Source of the DNA: Planctomycetota bacterium | GTDB lineage: Bacteria; Planctomycetota; MHYJ01; JACQXL01 | Assembly (NCBI GenBank): GCA_040753835.1 | Contig: JBFMDM010000003.1 | Coordinates: forward strand, 1 to 52,597 | Direction of reading: 5' to 3' | DNA: 52,597 nt | Shown here: positions 49,933-52,597 of the stretch, piece after piece | Position numbering within the stretch: the stretch's first letter is position 1 | Layout: each line of letters begins with the position of its first letter | The notes under the pieces: generated by a model | What the model was told of the DNA's origin: nothing | What the model saw: the letters and a program-made list of their open reading frames with translations, nothing else | The model's database searches: none | Made by a program: the position numbers and the translations under genes

Positions 49933-51900
49933 CTACTTCTTCCTTATCTTCTTTATTGTATCCCTGACCTGGGCTGCGTATTCAAAGTCCAGTTTCTCAG
50001 CCGCCTCGTACATCTCCTTTGTGAGTTCCCGGACCAGTTCCGCGCCCTGATAGGCCTCCAGGCGCATTCCAAGAGAACGTGCGCTGATTTCCCTGCCCCG
50101 CTCCTCTAACTCTATCCCTTTCAGTATCTCCTTCTTGATGGTCCGGGGCGTAATATTATTCTTCTTATTGTAAGCCATCTGAATATTCCGGCGCCGCGTG
50201 GTCTCGTCAATCGCCTGCTTCATTGACTCGGTCATATTATCCGCGTAAAGCACCACCTCGCCGTTGACGTTCCGGGCTGTCCGGCCGACCGTCTGGATAA
50301 TGGAGGTAGCCGAGCGCAGGAATCCCTCCTTGTCCGCATCCAATATGGCAACCAGCGACACCTCGGGCAAATCCAGACCCTCACGCAAGAGATTCACACC
50401 CACCAAGACGTCAAACTTCCCCTGGCGCAGTTCGTTGAGTATCTTCACCCGCTCAATCGCATCTATCTCCGAATGCAGATATTTGCCCTTGATTTTATTC
50501 TCCTGTAAGTAGAAGGACAGTTCCTCAGCCAGCCGCTTGGTCAGGGTGGTAATCAGGACGCGTTCCTTAGACCTTACCCTCTGCTGAATCCGTTTTATCA
50601 GGTCGTCAATCTGTCCGGGAATCGGCCGGACCACAATAGCCGGGTCAACCAATCCGGTCGGTCTGATGACCTGCTCCACCACTTCGGATTTATTTATGAG
50701 TCCCATCTCATAGGGTCCGGGCGTGGCTGAGATGAACACGGTCTGGCCTACGGTCGCTTCCCATTCCGGGAACTTCATCGGCCGGTTGTCCAGTGCCGAG
50801 GGCAGCCGGAATCCGTAGTCAATCAGCACCTCCTTACGCGAGCGGTCCCCGAAATACATACCACGGATTTGCGGCACGGTCACGTGCGACTCGTCCACAA
50901 TGGTCAGGAAATTCTTAGGAAAATAGTCAATCAATGTGGTCGGCCTCTGCCCGGCTGGCCGGCCGCTGAAATGGCGCGAGTAGTTCTCTATGCCCTTGCA
51001 ATACCCGATTTGTTCTATCATCTCTAAGTCATAATTGGTGCGTGTTTGGAGACGCTGGGCTTCTAAGTTCTTGCCCTGCTTCTGCAGGACCTTGAGATGT
51101 TGCTCCAATTCCTCGCGGATGGACTTTATCCCCTGCTCAATCTTGTTCTCAGGAATAATAAAATGCTTGGTCGGGAAAAGGGTGTAACTCTTCAGGTCTG
51201 AAACGGTCTTGCCGGTCAGCGGATGAACCATCAGGATTTGGTTGATGCTGTCCTCCATTATAATCCGAATGGCATTATCCTGGTAAGGCGGGAAAATCTC
51301 TATAATCTCGCCGCCCCGCAGGCGGAACGAGCCCGGCTTGAAATCCGTCTCCGAGCGCTCGTATTGCATCTCCACTAATTTCTTCAGGAACTCTCTTCTG
51401 GAAAACGATTCGCCCTTCTTGATGGTCAGGGTCATCTCGGCATAATCCTCAGGCGAGCCGAGGTTATAGATGCAGGAGACGCTTGCCACGATAATCACGT
51501 CCTGGCGCGAGAGCAAAGACGAGGTGGCGGCCAGGCGCAGGCGCTCCAGATTCTCGTTGATGGCCGCATCCTTTTCTATGTAGATATCGCGCTGGGGGAT
51601 ATATGCCTCGGGCTGGTAGTAGTCGTAATAACTCACAAAATAATGCACCGCATTATGGGGAAAGAACTCCTTAAACTCCGCATACAACTGGGCGGCCAGG
51701 GTCTTGTTGTGCGAAATCACCAGGACCGGCCGGTTGACCTTTTCTATCATGTTGGCAATGGTAAAGGTCTTGCCTGAGCCGGTCACGCCCAACAGCACCT
51801 GATTTTTCTTACCGGCCAAGACGCCGTCTGAGAGTTTGCGGATGGCCTGGGGCTGGTCGCCCTGGGGCTTGAATCTGCTAACTAACTTAAACTTGTTCAT
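49933..51900 (-). CDS. uvrB: excinuclease ABC subunit B
   Basis: GDQPQAI, LGVTGSGKT, YFVSYYDYYQPEAY, DESH, GFRLPSALDNRP, NLLREGLDLPEV; C-terminal UVR domain. Confidence 0.98.
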   Translation of the reverse strand: MNKFKLVSRFKPQGDQPQAIRKLSDGVLAGKKNQVLLGVTGSGKTFTIANMIEKVNRPVLVISHNKTLAAQLYAEFKEFFPHNAVHYFVSYYDYYQPEAYIPQRDIYIEKDAAINENLERLRLAATSSLLSRQDVIIVASVSCIYNLGSPEDYAEMTLTIKKGESFSRREFLKKLVEMQYERSETDFKPGSFRLRGGEIIEIFPPYQDNAIRIIMEDSINQILMVHPLTGKTVSDLKSYTLFPTKHFIIPENKIEQGIKSIREELEQHLKVLQKQGKNLEAQRLQTRTNYDLEMIEQIGYCKGIENYSRHFSGRPAGQRPTTLIDYFPKNFLTIVDESHVTVPQIRGMYFGDRSRKEVLIDYGFRLPSALDNRPMKFPEWEATVGQTVFISATPGPYEMGLINKSEVVEQVIRPTGLVDPAIVVRPIPGQIDDLIKRIQQRVRSKERVLITTLTKRLAEELSFYLQENKIKGKYLHSEIDAIERVKILNELRQGKFDVLVGVNLLREGLDLPEVSLVAILDADKEGFLRSATSIIQTVGRTARNVNGEVVLYADNMTESMKQAIDETTRRRNIQMAYNKKNNITPRTIKKEILKGIELEERGREISARSLGMRLEAYQGAELVRELTKEMYEAAEKLDFEYAAQVRDTIKKIRKK

Positions 51901-52152
51901 AAATGTTTACACTGAGCGACCCACCCTTCGACCCTGACGGGTTCTCAGGGCGAGAACCCGGAACGGGCAGGGTTTCAGTGGGAAGCGAATGTGCAACCAC
52001 AGATACGTTCGCTGCGCTCAGTACAAGTTTGCACAGATTACACGGATTATTTATTCAGTATGATACCAGAAAAAGGAAATAAATCAAAAATATTTTTTGC
52101 GGTTTTTCATTTTTCCGGGATAAAAAAGGGGCTTTTTTAAACACTCTGTAAT

Positions 52153-52380
52153 GGGTATGGCTCGTGGCTGTAGGGGGTATGGTTACCAGCCCCAAGGGGT
52201 ATGGGTCGTAGCACTCAGGGGTATGACTACCAGCCCTGACCTCTATGGCTACTGCTCATAAGGGGTATGGTTCCTATTGGTAACGGGTATGGTTCATAGC
52301 ACTAATGGGTATGGGTCTTGACACTGAGGGGTATGGTTAGTAGCCCTAAGGGGTAAGACCTCTGACCGTGAGGGGTATGG
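52153..52380. repeat. degenerate 22-bp-period array with GGGTATGG core (11 cores)
   Basis: Cores at 52153, 52175, 52197, 52219, 52241, 52263, 52285, 52307, 52329, 52351 and 52373; those at 52219, 52241 and 52351 are degenerate; spacing is exactly 22 bp. Confidence 0.9.
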
Positions 52381-52597
52381 GGGGATACCGTATCCCCCAC
52401 CGGTAGGGACGGGAATTAAGATAACTTCAGATAAATCAATGGGTAATATCAAAAAACGCCCCAAAACGGTTGCAGGTTGTATCTCTCCCCACACCCCCCA
52501 CCCCCCACCCCCCACCCCTCCCCACCCACTCCCCACCCCACCCCACTGCCTCCCGAGGGGTATACCCCCCCCACCCTATCTGTATCTCGGGTAGGGG

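Noticed and set aside
52153-52380. Mini-CRISPR interpretation of the GGGTATGG array
   Set aside because: An 8-nt core with 14-nt linkers is far below CRISPR dimensions, and the linkers share a weak consensus, as expected for a diverged tandem repeat.
52485-52597. C-run tract (minus-strand G-quadruplex potential) and ORF 52294-52536
   Set aside because: Low-complexity sequence at the window or contig edge may be mis-assembled, and the ORF is only translated repeat.

Overview
Chromosomal segment of an apparently anaerobic diderm bacterium (lptFG, lgt, Fe-S and hemerythrin genes). A PVC-superphylum origin is a weak inference only. About 38 CDS were called: housekeeping genes (rluA-type, lptF/G, moeB/thiF, HDAC, pyrD, rpsP, fabH, glyS, proline dehydrogenase, lgt, speB, uvrB, heterodimeric ABC exporter, CoA-dehydratase activase) plus a nine-gene Fe-S/hemerythrin operon with an FNR-like box and a nearby Crp/Fnr regulator. 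No rRNA, tRNA or CRISPR array was recognised. The main oddities are four. (1) An orphan ParB whose GHAR motif reads SHAM lies beside two copies of a parS-like palindrome (ATGTTGGACGTCCAACAT) that bracket a 22-bp tandem array, and a related 22-bp-phased array sits at the window end. (2) An F1Fo-like cluster (c, b-delta, alpha, gamma, beta) has no subunit a, its c subunit lacks the ion-binding carboxylate, and it runs into a PilB/GspE-PilZ ATPase; an epsilon N-domain gene lies 17 kb away. (3) A GxxExxY nuclease-fold gene is enclosed by perfect 34-bp inverted repeats inside that operon, with similar gene-less spacers at other junctions. (4) Short palindromic elements are inserted in frame into many unrelated housekeeping proteins. 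All calls come from reading motifs by eye; no database searches were run.
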